From: Podarcis cretensis
Taxonomy: Eukaryota
Assembly: GCA_951804945.1 (NCBI GenBank)
Contig: OX638158.1
Coordinates: 20,708,001-20,772,000, forward strand
Reading direction: 5' to 3'
Length of the DNA stretch: 64,000 nt
Part shown: positions 14,616 through 28,600 of the stretch, piece by piece
Layout: every line of letters begins with the position of its first letter
Position numbering within the stretch: position 1 is the first letter of the stretch
Program-made: the position numbers and the translations under genes
The notes under the pieces: generated by a model
The model's database searches: none
What the model was told of the DNA's origin: nothing
The model's input: only the letters and a program-made list of their open reading frames with translations

Positions 14616-15789
14616 GCTGTACTTAACAAATATTTCATATTTATTTGCTGGGACTGACTTAGTAATACTTGTGTGTGCTCCAAATGTTCTAAAGGCATCA
14701 ATGGGAAAGAAGGTGAAAACCTATTGTTCCTTCCTTTCATTTAACAATAAATTTGGGAAGTGTTCCAAAACAAGATGGCTTTAGTGAGTAGGTTTCTTCT
14801 CCCCATCCTTACACCCAGTGTAAGGGTGCAATTGTATGCTTTAAAGATCTGTTTCATCTGTGACATTTTTTGTATCTGGAAAACAGCTCCATTTTAGAAC
14901 CTTTCTAGCCACATGAGAGTTTGACAGTTTGTGCTGATGTTTTCAAAACCAGAGGCTGCACAGTTAGGACTTCTGCTAGTCAGAGAATAACCTTTTTTCC
15001 ATCAGTTTCTTAGCCTTATGTTCTTAAAAAGTATCCCCATCCCTACTTATTTATGAGCCCTACTTATTTATGAGTTATTTATGAGTTTCACTTCCAAAGA
15101 AAGAAATAAAAAGCACATATTTCCTGTGCATATTCCAAATTACTCATTTTTTTAAAGTGAGGAGGATACAACAGAACAAAGCATGGAAGTAATTTTATGT
15201 TCCCACCTAATATCATAATCCACCTGATAGTTAATTTGCACAAACCCCACTGGAATGAATGCAACCTGTACAAAAACATAGCATTTCTTCCAATAGAGCT
15301 CATGCAGGAGAAGTTCCCATCTAGAATCAAGGGCTTTATTTATTCACAGCACATACAGAATTCTGTGCTCCTCTCATCTCTGGTCCAGTTTAGCCCCCCT
15401 GAGAACCCCATGCATATCTAGGGCTCAAAAACCATACAGCACAACTGCTGTGCTACAATAGTTGGTAGGATACTGGATGGAATTCAGTGTTGCACTCTTA
15501 TTAACCTTCCATCTGCACAAGCATTCCAGCTTGCCAGGTGGAATAATTGCCTGTCTCCTTCCCCTGCTTGTTGCTCTGGGGTTCTTCTGAATCCCCCCCA
15601 GCCTATTTCAAGGGGTAGGAGAGCAGAGGGGTAGGAGGGTAAAGCCACATTAATAATAAAAATACTAATTTTATTATTTATACCCCACCCATCTGACTGA
15701 GTTTCCCCAGCAACTCTGGGTGGCTTACAGCTGAAGGCCTTGCACCAAAATGCCACTGGTGGGGTGTGTTAGGTGAATTCCATCCCATA

Positions 15790-16083
15790 CAGTGGTGCCC
15801 CGCAAGACGAACGCCTCGCAAGACGAAAAACCCGCTAGACGAAAGGGTTTTCCGTTTTTTGAGGCGCTTCGCAAGACGAATTTCCCTATGGGCTTGCTTC
15901 GCAAGACGAAAACATCTTGCGAGTCTTGCGAGTTTTCCCCCTCCCCCCCCCTTTTTCTAAGCCGCTAAACTGCTAATAGCGCTAATCCGCTAAGCCGTCA
16001 ATGGGCTTGCTTCGCAAGACGAAAAAACCGCTAGACGAAGAGACTCGCGGAACGGATTCTTTTCGTCTTGCGAGACACCACTG
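15790..16083. mobile_element. Tc1/mariner MITE, family B (gcaagacgaa subterminal repeats)
   Basis: TA-cagtggtgccccgcaagacgaa ... ttcgtcttgcgagacaccactg-TA; other copies at 51548 and 58221. Confidence 0.88.
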
Positions 16084-16408
16084 TATTTCTTATTGCAGCT
16101 GATCAAGCTGTTATCAATTCAGATTGGAATCTTCCAGTTCAGGGGAGCGGGGAGAGATTCAAACTGGTATTGTATTTAGCTCAGGTTTAGTTCCTGAGAT
16201 TATTTAAATGACTATTCCTACAATGTTGTTTTGAATGCATTTCCATTGTTTATCAATAATCTATGCAAAGATGAAAGGGTTAAATCCTATACTTTAAATT
16301 TATGGGCAAGTGTCAACCACTGTTTCAGCTCAGCGCAGTCACTTCTTCCCTGAAATACCGTAGTGGGGCTGATCTGGAGCAGCTATATGTTTTGGCACCT
16401 GCTGCTGA

Positions 16409-17125
16409 TGTCAGATGTGGAGGCCAAGGACTCAGAGACCAACCTGAAGACTGGCGAAGAGATGAGGAACAGCAGACTGGTGTGAACGGGGAGACAGATT
16501 CACCAAGAAGCAGCCAGTTGAAAAGGCCAGAATCCAGAGAGGGAACAGGGGAAGAGAGGCTGTCCGCACAGGATAGAGCAAAAGACACATCACGAAGGAG
16601 AGAGAGTTGCACCGAAAAGGGAGAGACTGCAGACGCTTTGGAAAGAGCCAGGCAAGGTCAGAGAGGACAGCTCCAGGAAGGAGGTAGGGTCAAAGGAACT
16701 GGGAGAAAAAAGACTGAGGGAGGGGAGAGATGTGAGCCTATTGAAAAGGGGAGAGGGCATACTAGAGGAAGAGAAAAGCCCAGGGGGGAGTATAAAGTCA
16801 ATGGCCAGTGGGGAAAATATACAGGCCTACTAAGAATCTATGATTAGAAGCCAGCTGGAATTGACATAGGACTTGCACCATATGGAGGGTCACGTTCCTC
16901 AACCCTTAAACAAGGATTAGTGCCATGGTCAAAGGGAGCAGCAGGCTTTGGGCACAGCTTGGTTAGTGGAGCATCAGAAAAGAGGCATTACATAGGAGCA
17001 CGCAAAGCTCAGCCTCACAGCAGCGAGATCTTGTCACTTACACTAAATCATAGTTCAATGCAGGAATGGGGAACCTTTTTCAGCCTCAGGTCCACACTCA
17101 CTTTTGGGCAATGTTGCAGGTGACA
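16409..17125 (+). mobile_element. Possible old solo LTR (purine-rich)
   Basis: tgtca...tgaca ends, TATAAA at ~16791 and GA-rich body like the 23685 LTR; TSD not recovered. Confidence 0.3.
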
Positions 17126-18526
17126 AGTACCAGTATCTGATGGGGCCAGATACAAAAGTGGGAGGAGAAATGCATGCAAATTTACTTTTGTGCAGTAGGC
17201 TAGTTTCTACCCAAACATTTATCTGTCTTCCATTTATGCAAGAAACAGACGTTATCGGAGGCAGAAACACTTGGTTTGAAGCAAAGGCAGTAGAGGTGTG
17301 TGGCTTGGGAGGCGGAGCAGGCTGCAGAGAATCCTAGGACCAAAGAGATAAGCTTGGTGGACCACATTCGCATAGAGTTCTGAGATTCCCAACAATTGGT
17401 TTAGTGCAAACTCTTCCAGTGGAACAAGCGGATGTATGATGTCTTCTGCAGAAGTACGATCTATGTGTTTGGTTCTTAATTTACGGAACGTTGCAAGATT
17501 GTGGTGGTACATTTTCAGTTATCCAATTGGCTTGTTGGCCTTTCATAAGGGACCATCTCCATGGACTGCTCCACGTAACTTACAGTGTCCAGAATCTAAA
17601 GGACTGCACAATAACTTCCACATGTCCAACTGTGAAACAATAGTCCCATGCTACAGAATTGCTGTTTTAATGTTTTTCTGATTATTCAAGAGAGTACAAT
17701 GACTCATACAAAAATGACTCGTGTTTTAGAGTGTGTTGGCATAGGCAGGTTGCTGAACCATTACTCAAGATCCATTGGTTCTCTGACCTACAAACTTGGA
17801 TTAGCATATCTAATCCCTTCTTGTACAAATCAAAGGAAGCTTTTATTGCAGTTCCCTCTATGGACATTTGTCATAACAATAGCTAACGGCTGCTGAGGAA
17901 ATTAAGGAAATGTTCCACAGTTGTTTGTGACATGGCATGGATGTGTGTGTAAATCAAGAAAGAAAAGTTTAAAAGTCCCTCCAGGTGCTGTGTATTCAAA
18001 TCCTCTTGGATTCTGGTCAATAAATGAAGGATAATTGTGGTGATAAACCACAGATCCCATTTTTTAAAAATATCTATATTTAAAAATTCAGTAATTCTTC
18101 TGAAAACAATAATGGCCAAATGAAGGGGGTGGGGAACACTACCAGGCTTTGGCTTTCTGTAGAGTATGGTTTAATATGCAAATAGTAACTTGATTCTTGT
18201 AGCAAAAAAAGAGAAAAAAAAGAAGAAAAATCCTTCCAGTAGTACCTTAGAGACCAACTAAGTTTGTCATTGGTATGAGCTTTCGTGTGCATGCACACTT
18301 CTTCAGATTCTTGTAGTCTGGTGTTTCCTAGGTATGATCCCATCTCTCCCACACATCATTTTGAAATGAATTGCAAGCAATTCTGTTTGAACATTAGAGC
18401 AACCAAATGCGTACCAATGCAGATGGATGAAAATTATTATCAGGCAAATTGCAACCCTTTTGTATTCTACATCCAACCAATTCATTCTATGCTGCTCTGA
18501 AATGAAAACAGATGCTTCTTATAGAA

Positions 18527-18649
18527 CAGGGATGGGGAAAACTGTTGCCCTGCAGATGACTGGACTACAGTGACCACTGGCTGTGTTGGCCGGGGCTGAT
18601 CCAAGATGGAATCTAACAACATCTGGAGGGTACAGGCTCCCCAGCCCTG
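18527..18649. mobile_element. Short hAT MITE
   Basis: cagggatgggga...tccccagccctg TIR; 8-bp TSD ttatagaa/ttatagca; related diverged copies near 21378, 31148, 33970 and 50119. Confidence 0.75.
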
Positions 18650-20193
18650 TTATAGCACCTAGTATAATAATAACTTAATTTTTCTCTGCACTTTTCACAT
18701 ATCATGTCTTATCCTGTGTTTGTCTCATTATTATTTTAGATCTGCCATATTTGAGATGCTCATTGAATCAAACCAATAAGCATTACATGTGCATATATAT
18801 TCATTCCAGCTGTGGTACAAGTCCTTGTGAAAGCTAATTCAAAATGGTGGTGGTGGGGGAGTTTGCTAAGGGCCTTTCTTGGTTTTAACTTCTTATCAAC
18901 CCAGCAAAACATACTTTTACCTCTTGGTGCCACTGCTTTGTGCTTTTTCCTCTGGTCTGGTTATGTTTCCAAGCACTACAGACAAGACTGAAGGCATACA
19001 TTTCATGCTGAGCAATATGATTTAATAGTTGTGATGACACAAATTCACTGCTGTGCTTTGCTTATTACTTTCTCTCCCAAATTTTCATCTTCAGTTTTAT
19101 ACAACAGGATCACCTTATTAAAACCATTTCTTTTACTGGCAAGCAAGCCATGTGTACCTTCTGCCAAAGCTCACTAAATAAAACAGCTGGAAAGTATTGA
19201 AGCAGAATACATGCATAAATATATCATAATTATATATCATAATTTGCTACTAGCAATTGTGAGCACACTAACAGATAGAGTAGACCATAGCTAAAATAAA
19301 TTAAAAAATGCATTCTTCTCGAAGTTGGTCTTTACAGGTTCCAAGCTTAGCCTAGTTTATCAGTAATGTGGTTGCCTCTTAAAAATGAACCCACGTGGAT
19401 ATAGCTTCAATCCGAGTACTGTGGGTATAGTTGCAAGCTGTGTCAATCAGCTCTCCACAAGGAGGCACCAGTTTCAGCCATACTACAGCAATCTTTGGCA
19501 TGTTGTTGTACTGTAACCTCAATCATCTGTTGTTTACAACACTTGTTGGCATCTTTTAGGAATTCTTAGCACAAACCCTTGATATATTTAGGTTCCTGCT
19601 GCCCCCAGAACGGTTTGATGAGATTTTTGTGTGTGTAACCTACTTTTTCCATTCCATGTGAGCACACTGCATTGTGCTGGACATTTGAGAAGGCAGGCGT
19701 ATCAATCAGTAATGATGGCTGATTCACACAAGTTGACTTGGTGAATGGCTGCCCCCTTTACTTTTGCATCCCGGATTGCAGAGTACATGTGCCAAGCTCG
19801 TTGTGCAAGCCAATTGTATTGAAATTTCATGCGAGCCTTTTCGCCCAGGAGTATGTCTGCCTGCATTTTGCAGAGGATTTTGGGGTGCATTTGTGGGGAA
19901 CTAGTGTGGCTTGTGGAGCTTACTGATAGCCCTGCATGAATTTAATGTGCACCACAGAATTCAGCTTAACTGTTTCCCAATCACAACTATTCCCCATGCT
20001 GATGGGGCTTTGAGGAGCGACAGGGCCACTTCTGCATCCACAGCTGTACTGCTCACAATGAGCATTTTGGAAGGTTGGGGAGGATCTGGGTCTGATGCTG
20101 TATTGTTTTTAAATGCTGTATTGTTTTTAACACTTGATTGGGAGCCGCCCAGAGTGGCTGGGGAAACTCAGACAGGTGGGTGGGATATAAATA

Positions 20194-20224
<31 letters not shown>

Positions 20225-21659
20225 GTTATTATTAAGCAGCTTGGGATCCAATGGATCCTGGGTTTATTAGCTGTTGCATAATATTATTTACAACATAGCT
20301 GCCTCTCCTAATATGACCAGCTAATAATAACATCAAGATTAATGGAATCTCTGTACTGTTATGCAGTATGTAATATATTCCAGGAATGCCTTTTGGTTGT
20401 GCCTTTAAACTCTTGATCCAGTGCCCATTGATATTTTAAATTGAATGTGCCCAGCAGATTATGTTTCACTTCAGACTGATGCCATGTGGAATGATATCAA
20501 AATCAAGATGCTTACAAGATCTTTTCCTACTGAAGTATGGAAATTATATGCCATGTTTTTAATATGAGCATGTGCACTCCTAGTGCTAAATGTTTTTTGC
20601 TGTGTACTGTATAAGGCAATGAAAAAATCATTTTTTAAAAAAATCTTCTCTGTCTGTTACTTCACTAACCTGTTGACCTGCTGGCTAGACTGTCAGTAGA
20701 TTTAGTGAGGAATGATTAAAACAGTATATTTTATCTGACTTTTTTTCAAATTCTTAAAAATATATCATGATTATATTTTAACTACAGGGTTTCACAATTA
20801 TTCTTTGTATACATGTATTTGTTACATTTTGTAGAAGTGTAATAGAAATGCACGAATACACTACAGATAGACTACTTTTAACTGTCACTTGCTTTTGAGC
20901 AAGGCGTTCTGTCAGTTCTGTAAGTGAGCTATAAATCTCTAATAGAAGCCTTATCTGTTGTAAAGAGTAGAAATTAAGGAGATATTTGATTTTGTTTTGC
21001 ATTTTAATGAGAAACTAATTCACACTTCTCAAACCATTCCCCAAACCAAAATTACATTTGCACACACCCAAATTCTACAGTGAAGTTATCCAACCAATAT
21101 AAATGTATTGGGGAAAATCTGCATAAAATTTGCATATATTAGGGGAAGAATATCCCAAAACGCTTTATATATGGGGAAATTGCTTGTAAAAATGTGTATA
21201 TTAGTCAACAATGCATACGAACATGTGTTTAGTAGGATAAATTTACACGAAAAGGCAGATTTCCCCCCAATAAAATTAGGGGAGGGGGAAACCTGTGTGG
21301 AAATGTGCAGCAGTATATTTAAGACTAGAAAAATGAGAAACTTAGAGAAATGAAATTGACAAATTCTTTCATCCCTAGCAGAGGCATATGAAATCTATAG
21401 CCCTCCAGATGTTGTTTGACTTCAAATTCCATCCAACATGGCCAGATGTCAGGGATGTTGGGAGCTGGAGGACATCATCTTGAGGGCCACAGCTTTCCCA
21501 TCCCTAAAGTAGAGCTCTGTATCTCAATCTCCATATCTTGGGGCAGAGAATTTCATAAGTTAAATATGCATGACAGGGCCAGTACCAGACTGTGGGAGCA
21601 TAATCTGGCTGTTGCTCCCTTGCTCCTCCTAGCTGTGGACAGCAGCACCCTCATCTCGA

Positions 21660-22520
21660 CCCATTATTAAATAACATAAACCATAAAAACCATAAAACAT
21701 CGGGTGCTGCAAATATGATAAACCACGGTCGCGTCTCCTAAAAATTATTTGTTGCATACGATTGAATAGCAGGGGGCTCTCAGGTAGAATGTGCCAGCTA
21801 AAATGTCCGAATCACCTTTGCAACTGACCACTATTTTTTCTAGTTCTTTTCTCCTGATCTTCTTAGCTGCCAATGCATATAGTGCTACTTTATAAGTTAC
21901 GAAGTCATCAGTATCACTCAGCAGCCATTTCACCCTTTCCACCCTGTTCGAGTGTGTTCTGTTCGTAAACAGGGGTTTTATAAATTGGTCTCTTGGTTCT
22001 ATATATAGCGGGCATTGCAATAAATAGTGGTACAGATCCTGAAGCCGAGGCTCCAATACTTTGGCCACCTCATGAGAAGAGAAGACTCCCTGGAAAAGAC
22101 CCTGATGCTGGGAAAGATTGAGGGCACAAAGAGAAGGGGACGGCAGAGGACGAGATGGTTGGACAGTGTTCTCCAAGCTACCAGCATGAGTTTGACCAAA
22201 CTGCGGGAGGCAGTGGAAGACAGGAGTGCCTGGCGTACTCTGGTCCATGGGGTCACAAAGAGTCGGACATGACTAAATGACTAAACAACAACAGGTCCTC
22301 TACACAAGGTTGCCCACACAGACAAAGTCTCTCCTTGTACTGTACTTTCCCATACCGGCCATCCACCACCGCTGAGTGCATCAATTGGAATCGTAATTCT
22401 GTAAAAGCGATTCTTAGTGCAGCAAGTGGAAGCTTTGTCAGATATCTAGCTTGGATGTGCTGCATTTTGATAAGTGGGAACCATGATGAACTTTTGGTAG
22501 CGACAATTGTGGTTAAATCC
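21660..22520 (-). mobile_element. 5'-truncated LINE with C-terminal CCHC zinc knuckle (RTE-X-like), interrupted by Bov-B
   Basis: Removing the Bov-B insert plus one TSD (259 nt) rejoins an in-frame ORF ...GRYGKVQYKERLCLCGQPCVEDLYHYLLQCPLYIEPRDQFIKPL... Confidence 0.7.
22041..22290 (+). mobile_element. Bov-B (RTE) LINE 3' fragment
   Basis: KPRLQYFGHLMRREDSLEKTLMLGKIEG...WRTLVHGVTKSRT, CAA tail, TSD acagatcct/acaggtcct. Confidence 0.92.
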
Positions 22521-23684
22521 CTTTCATTATTAGATGGATAGATAGATAGATTTATATACAGCCGTTCATCTGAAGATCACAGCGTGGAAGCCACTGCCCA
22601 CATTCCTTTTCTTCCTCTCCAACACCATGGTGATGATTCTCTTGTACCTTGGCTCTGAGAAAGGACCACAGGCCCTTCATCAAAGCTAGGCATTTGATCT
22701 TAGGGAGACAGTTAAAAGGCTGAACTGCTGCTTGATAGCTGTGATGGACTGGAGGGGCAGAACAAGTTGAAACTTAAACCTGGCAAAACAGAAGGACTAG
22801 TGAGTAGATAATATGTCTTATACAGCCTGATTGGAAGGGAGTTGGATTCCCTATGATTAGGTGTGTAGTTTGGGGATGCTCCTTGATCCACCGCTCTTGC
22901 CAGATGTGCAGGTGGCAAGGGGTGCCTTTTCCCAGGTTTGGCTGGTTGGTCAAACACGACCATTGCCTGAGAAAGTCAGATCTTGCCATGGTCATTCCCT
23001 AGTGAGCCCTAGGGACTTCAGATTGGTCTATTATAATGCTTTGTATGTGAGGCCACCCTTGAAAAACTGTTTGGAAATTGCACTGAGTAGGAAATGCTGG
23101 AATCAGAATGATAACGAGTACTAGGCAATTTGATTCCATCAACCTGGTTCTGCATCAGGCCCAGACCTTGGTAATATGGTGTCCCACCCCAGCCCTTGTG
23201 CTCCCTTCCCAAAGCCAGGTCGGCGAGGACTTTGGGAAGGAGGTGTGAGGGCTCTAGGACCCTGCCAGAACCCCCACGCCTCCTTCTGGAAGCAAATGCT
23301 TACTAGGTTTTAGAAAAGAGAAGGGAAGGCTAGGCGGGGGACAGACTGGTTGAGTTGCCCTAAATCTGCTTCTGTCTGCATATTCCACAGTGATAGTTGA
23401 TTTGTTTCCAGTCTCAATTCAAAGCACTAGTGTTAACTTTTAAAGCTTTACTTGTTTAAGGCATGGGTACCTTAAAGACTGGCTTCTTCTGTGTGTTGCT
23501 CCCTGCGTGCTCTGAGAGTCATCTATGGCCCCACTCCAGGTCTCTCAACCTCATGAGGAGAGGCTGGTGACATCAGAGTGGAGGGTTTTTTCTGTAGTGA
23601 TGCTCCCCCTGGTAAGGAATGTCTTGCCAGATGAGTTGTAGGCCCCATCACTATTCTGTTTTATATGACTAGTAAAGAAACAAC

Positions 23685-24443
23685 TGTCAGGGACTCAGCG
23701 GGAGCGCAGGGAGGAGAGGAGATGGAGAGCGAGGGGGAGCAATCCGAGGGCAGCGTAGGAGAAGATGACAGCAGCCCGATAGATTCCATGAGCCTCTCCA
23801 GCGAATCGGAAGATTCACAGAAGGGGGCGCCGATGGGCAGGGCAAGGGGGGACCCAAGGGGGACACCCCAGAAGCAAGGGGCCAGCGGGGACTCCCAGAG
23901 CAGCAGTTGGAAATCAGGACCAGCTTCCCCACCAGAGCGTAGTGGGGGGGAGGAGTCCCAGGTATCAGAGCCCACATATGCACCACCAGCGAGAGAAGAT
24001 GAGTCAGGGTTGGCCACGCCTCCATCGGAGAGCGAGGGAACGGTCAAGAGGAAAGTTGCAGGCTGGGCGCGCGCGCCAAGTTCAAATGTACAGGCGAGCG
24101 GCACAGAAGGTAGCCCGGATAGGGAACCAGGTCCTAAAGCCCGCCGGAAGGAGGGGGAAGAATCATCAGGGTCAGCGTCAGAGGAGTCCAGGAAGGATGA
24201 AACCCTGGCGGGCAGGAGGGCCCAGAGGAGAAAGGAACTTAGGAAGAGGTGGAGCAAGGCGAGAGTCTTAAACTGGTGTGGAAGGGGAGGAGACTCAGAT
24301 GGGACTTCGCCGGTCTAAGGTCGAGACGTAGAGCTGCGCGCTGCGGCTTTAAAATGGAAACTGAACCTCAATAAAGACTTTTGTACATAACTACAGCCTA
24401 GCGTTGGTCCTCTGTGAGCTGGGACCTGGAGGCAGCTCTGACA
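23685..24443 (+). mobile_element. Young solo LTR (Gypsy-like), 759 bp, inserted in an L2-like relic
   Basis: TGTCAG...CTGACA ends; 5-bp TSD acaac (23680-23684 and 24444-24448); AATAAA at 24370; CpGs retained. Confidence 0.85.
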
Positions 24444-24792
24444 ACAACTTTTTAAATGGGCCTTCAGCTGACCCCCCCTCCCCCCCAGTTTATTTTGGTT
24501 TTTATTTTGATGATTCCTTTGGAATTGTTAAGTTTTTTGGTTAATCAACTTGAATTTGTGCTTAGGCTTAGGTTCAGCTTGGAGTTTGTTGTTTGTTTTA
24601 TATTGTTCTATCATTTGTTTTGTCTGTCACCTTCAGTTTCTTTGGAAAATTAGGCAGTCTATAAGTTTCTTTTCAAAACTCATTTTTTAAAAAGTAAAAA
24701 GCTCTAAATGCTTGCCCTGACAGGGAGGGTGCTCCAACCCCTACCTCCATTTTGGCAGCTATTTTATGTACCTTTTCAAAGTCTTTTTGATA

Positions 24793-25063
24793 TCATAGAA
24801 TCATTGAGTTCCCTTGATCTGGACACGATGCTTCTGTTGATGCAGCCTAAAATAGCATTAGCTTTTTTTGCTGCTGCATTACACCATTGACTCATGATAA
24901 GCTTGTGGTCCACTAAGACCCCTAGATCCTTTACACCTGTACTACTAGTAAGCAAGGTGTTCCCCATCTTATATTTGTGTAGCTGTTTCTCCCTGCCTAA
25001 GTTCAGAACCTCAAATTTGCCCCTATTTAAACTCTTATTGTTAGCTTGGGCCCAGTGCTGCAT
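24793..25063 (-). mobile_element. CR1 LINE ORF2 fragment
   Basis: KDLGVLVDHKLIMSQWCNAAAKKANAILGCINRSIVSRSRE is typical CR1 RT C-terminus; attctatgat tail. Confidence 0.88.
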
Positions 25064-25189
25064 CTTGAATCCTGTTTCTGCCTTCTATGACATTAGCTTA
25101 CTAGGTTTTAGTTTCCTAGGCCTGACATATGGAATGTTCCAAGTATGCCTGATATTTTATATAGACTGACAATTGTGTAAATTGATAAC

Positions 25190-26315
25190 CATAGCAGAGT
25201 GGAGCTTGTCACGTAGACATAGTGGTATCTGCTGAAATGGTACATTGGTAATGCAACTGAGGCATCTGATCATAGCCTGCATTTTTATCAAGGCTTATAT
25301 TTTGATCAGATTCCTGTATTCTAAAATGAGCTTAAATTCACAAATGTTTCTTTCAAGGCAGGAAACCAGCAGGCAGCTGGCAAGCTCTTGGGCAGAGGGC
25401 CCCTCTGGTTTATTGCGGTCATAAAAAGGCTGGAAGCAAAAGGTCACACTGACCATACAAATTACAGAATGCTGCAAAAGTACTCAAAACAGCAGCTGGC
25501 TAGGGAAAAGATGCTTCTCTCTGAAGCCGTTTTGAAGCTTCAGAGAATTTAGCTTAGCTTTTACTAAATTCCTTTTTTTACATAGAAAAGGCCTTTGCTT
25601 CTAAATTTATATATGTTAATGTATGAAATATATTGGCTTAAATGTAATTATGCAAAGGATTTAGAAAGTAAGAAATGTTAGATGCTTATTTCATAGAATC
25701 ATATAGTTGTAAGAGACCACAGGGGCCATTGAGCCCAGCCCCCTGCCAGGCAGGAAACACCATCAGAGCACTCCTGACATATGGTTGTCAGGCCTTTGTT
25801 TAAAGACCTCCAAAGGAGATCTTTCATTGATGATGCGTGAGAATGTGAACCCAAGATCTCTGACATCTGTTTAAAATAAAATTAGCCACCATCTGTTTTA
25901 GCCATCTGCTCTATTTTAGAATTAAGGGGGCAAAGGTGATCTGGTAATTAAGGTGCCTTGTTGAGGTTAATGGCTACTTGTTTGCCAATTATAGATAGAA
26001 GAATATATAGCTTTTTGTTTCCCATAAAAGGTAATAGGAAATGGGTGTATCTTTTATGATTGGTTCTAGCAAACAGCCAATAGGAATTTCAACCAGGCTG
26101 ATTGGACAGAGGCAGCCAAAGGAGGAGCAAGGGGGCTGGGTTAAGGAAATATAAGTGCTGGCCATAATGGTAGGAGGGCAGGCCAGAGCTTGGTAACCAT
26201 ATACCACTGTGCCTCTCATTTATTTGTCCGACAAATAAATTATTATTTTAATTTCTCTATTGCTGTGTTGAATATTTCATTCCAGCTAAGCGTTAACCAC
26301 AAGCAGGGTGCTACA
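25190..26315 (+). mobile_element. Solo LTR containing a captured CR1 3' tail
   Basis: catagca...tgctaca ends, 4-bp TSD taac, CCAAT boxes and AATAAA in the 3' part, CR1 tail at ~25692-25820. Confidence 0.6.
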
Positions 26316-26529
26316 TAACAGCTGATAAGAAAGAATGAATGAAAACTGCAGGCGCGATACTGCAGCAGAATGTAACCAATCACAGTGTGCTGCGCCATAA
26401 GTTATCTCTCGAGTCCCACCATTTTTTGGTGGACTGGGGATCCTGCTGCAGCAGTAATAAATATTACCCTCCTGGGTGCTCTTCCTTTATGGATTGGTCT
26501 CAGTCTATTTGTAACAGTTGCATCTAAAA

Positions 26530-26720
26530 ATGAACTTGGCAGTGTAGAGTTTTCCCACAACAGTGTCATGTGCAAGTTTGATGAGCATCTCCTCAATTCC
26601 TTTATGCAAGTCACTTATAAAGATGTTGAACAACAATGGGCCCAGGACAAAACCCTGTGGCACCCCACTTGCCACTTTTCCCCATGATTATCAGGAACCA
26701 TTAGTAAGCACTCTTTAGGC
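26530..26720 (-). mobile_element. CR1 RT fragment
   Basis: Reverse strand reads like CR1 '[20 protein letters not shown]...LIKLAHD' (degenerate). Confidence 0.7.
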
Positions 26721-28289
26721 ATAGTCAACATATGACCTCAAACAGCCTTCCCTCCCTCAAAGGATCATCTTGTAGGTCAGAGAAATAGGAAAACAGAAGC
26801 AAGGCCAGGTAGTAGAAAACAAGGCTGACTTTTTCTTTAGGGGTCTATTTGCAAAGAGTTGTTCCTACCCCCACTATGCAAGGGAAGTGAGGGACCCCAG
26901 AACAAAAATAGGGAACAACTTCTAAAGACTTTAGAAATAGTCCAGCCCCTTACCCAAAGAACACCCAAAATGTAATACATGGAAATGGGTTGTACATGGA
27001 AATGCTCCATTATGTTTCTGCAACATATTTACAAGTCTGTCACTCAGAAATTTGAATAAGGCATGCTAATTGCTTTTCCAGGCTTGCTGGAGCCTTCTGT
27101 TGAATTGGTGAACACCTTGGGGTCAGAGCTAGTTGACAAAGATTGGCCCTTATTCAAATACATTATTCACTTTTGACGAGTCTTCCTGAGTGATTTGCAA
27201 GTGTAAAGCTTTGTGTGGAGGAATGATGTTATCAAGAACTCCCTGCTACCTGTTCGGAGGGGTCTCAGAATTAAACTGGAGGCTCACTCTTGCTCTGTGT
27301 ATTTGCCTTGTTCATGTTTTATCTGTACAACTATTTCAAGGCACATTTATCTACATGTACCCCAATTTTGTGTAACAGGATCTTTTACTCCCAAAATGCA
27401 TTACTGTTCTTATACAACTTATTTTGAGCAGCAACATGGTAAGTGAAGTTCATTCTCTTAGTTGGAGATGCTTCTAGAGTCTGCAGGATCCTTGTCTCTC
27501 TGGCTATTATGGAACCCAAGGTAAACCGGTTTAGATGGGTACCTAGATACGCAAGCTTTACGCCAGAGGTTTTCCTCTTTCTATCACTTAATTTGGGCAA
27601 GACTTTCTCTTTTTAAAGGAAGCTTTCTTATCTTTAATAGCTTCCTTTATCCTGTTAGCCCACACACAGACATCCTATTAGAACTGTTTGCATCTTTCAC
27701 AATTTTTGGTTCATATTTTATCTGAGCATTTGTCATAGTGGTTTTCAATAACCATCATCCTGACTTCCTGAAATGAAGCCATGTTTTGCTTTGAATCTCA
27801 TTTAAGATTATAGTGCAACTGTAGACTAAGATACATTTGATAGTTTAAGAGAGATTTTCTGCACCACTTTTGATTTTCAGGCTACTCATATTTTGTTAAA
27901 TCTATTCACATGATCATTCACCAGGGTTCAAAGAAACATTGTCCAGTTTTGAAGTCACATTCTCTTGTGTTGTCTTGAGTGTGCAAGCAGAAGAAATGGG
28001 AACCATTTGCTTCTAGATTTAAAGTGACTGATTTGTTATTACATCCCAACAAGGAAAATTGTGGTTAGCCTGAACTATGGTTTATTGAAATAAACCTATA
28101 TCAAAGTATGATTTCTGAACCTGGCTTGTTCCAATAAACTAAAGTTTAAACTAACAGAGAAATCATGAAATGTTAGTAACTAGTTCTGAGAGAACTTCAT
28201 TCTTTATGAACAATTGGTTTTCTGAACTGCTGAGGAAACAGTGAAGCCCTCCTGTTCTCTATCACCTTCTGTCAACAATGACAACAACT

Positions 28290-28600
28290 TACTTATACCC
28301 TACCCATCTGACTGGGTTGCCCCAGGCACTCTGGGTGGCTTCCAATGTAATAAAAACACAGTAAAACCTCAAACATTAAAAATTTCCCAATATAGGACTG
28401 CCTTCAGATGTCTTTGGAAGGTTGTGTAGTTGTTTATTTGTTTGATGTCCGGTGGGAGGTTGTTCCACAGGGCAGGTGCCACTACAGAGAAGACCCTCTG
28501 CCTGGTTCCCCGTAACTTCACTTCCCACAGTGAGGGAACCTACAGAAGGGCTTGGAACTGAACCACAGTGTCTGGGCTGAATAATGGGGGTGGAGACTCC
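28290..28600 (-). mobile_element. L2-like LINE 3' fragment
   Basis: Tail ccatctgactgggttgccccaggcactctgggtggcttcca; similar tails near 11530, 15680 and 20140. Confidence 0.65.

Noticed and set aside
15790-16083. Regularly recurring gcaagacgaa motifs resembling a CRISPR array (also at 51548 and 58221)
   Set aside because: Repeats are ~10 bp, occur in both orientations inside TA-flanked TIRs, and the spacers are shared between copies; these are MITE subterminal repeats in a vertebrate genome
16302-16847. 181-aa ORF
   Set aside because: Low-complexity purine-rich repeat-like sequence with no recognisable domain or splice context
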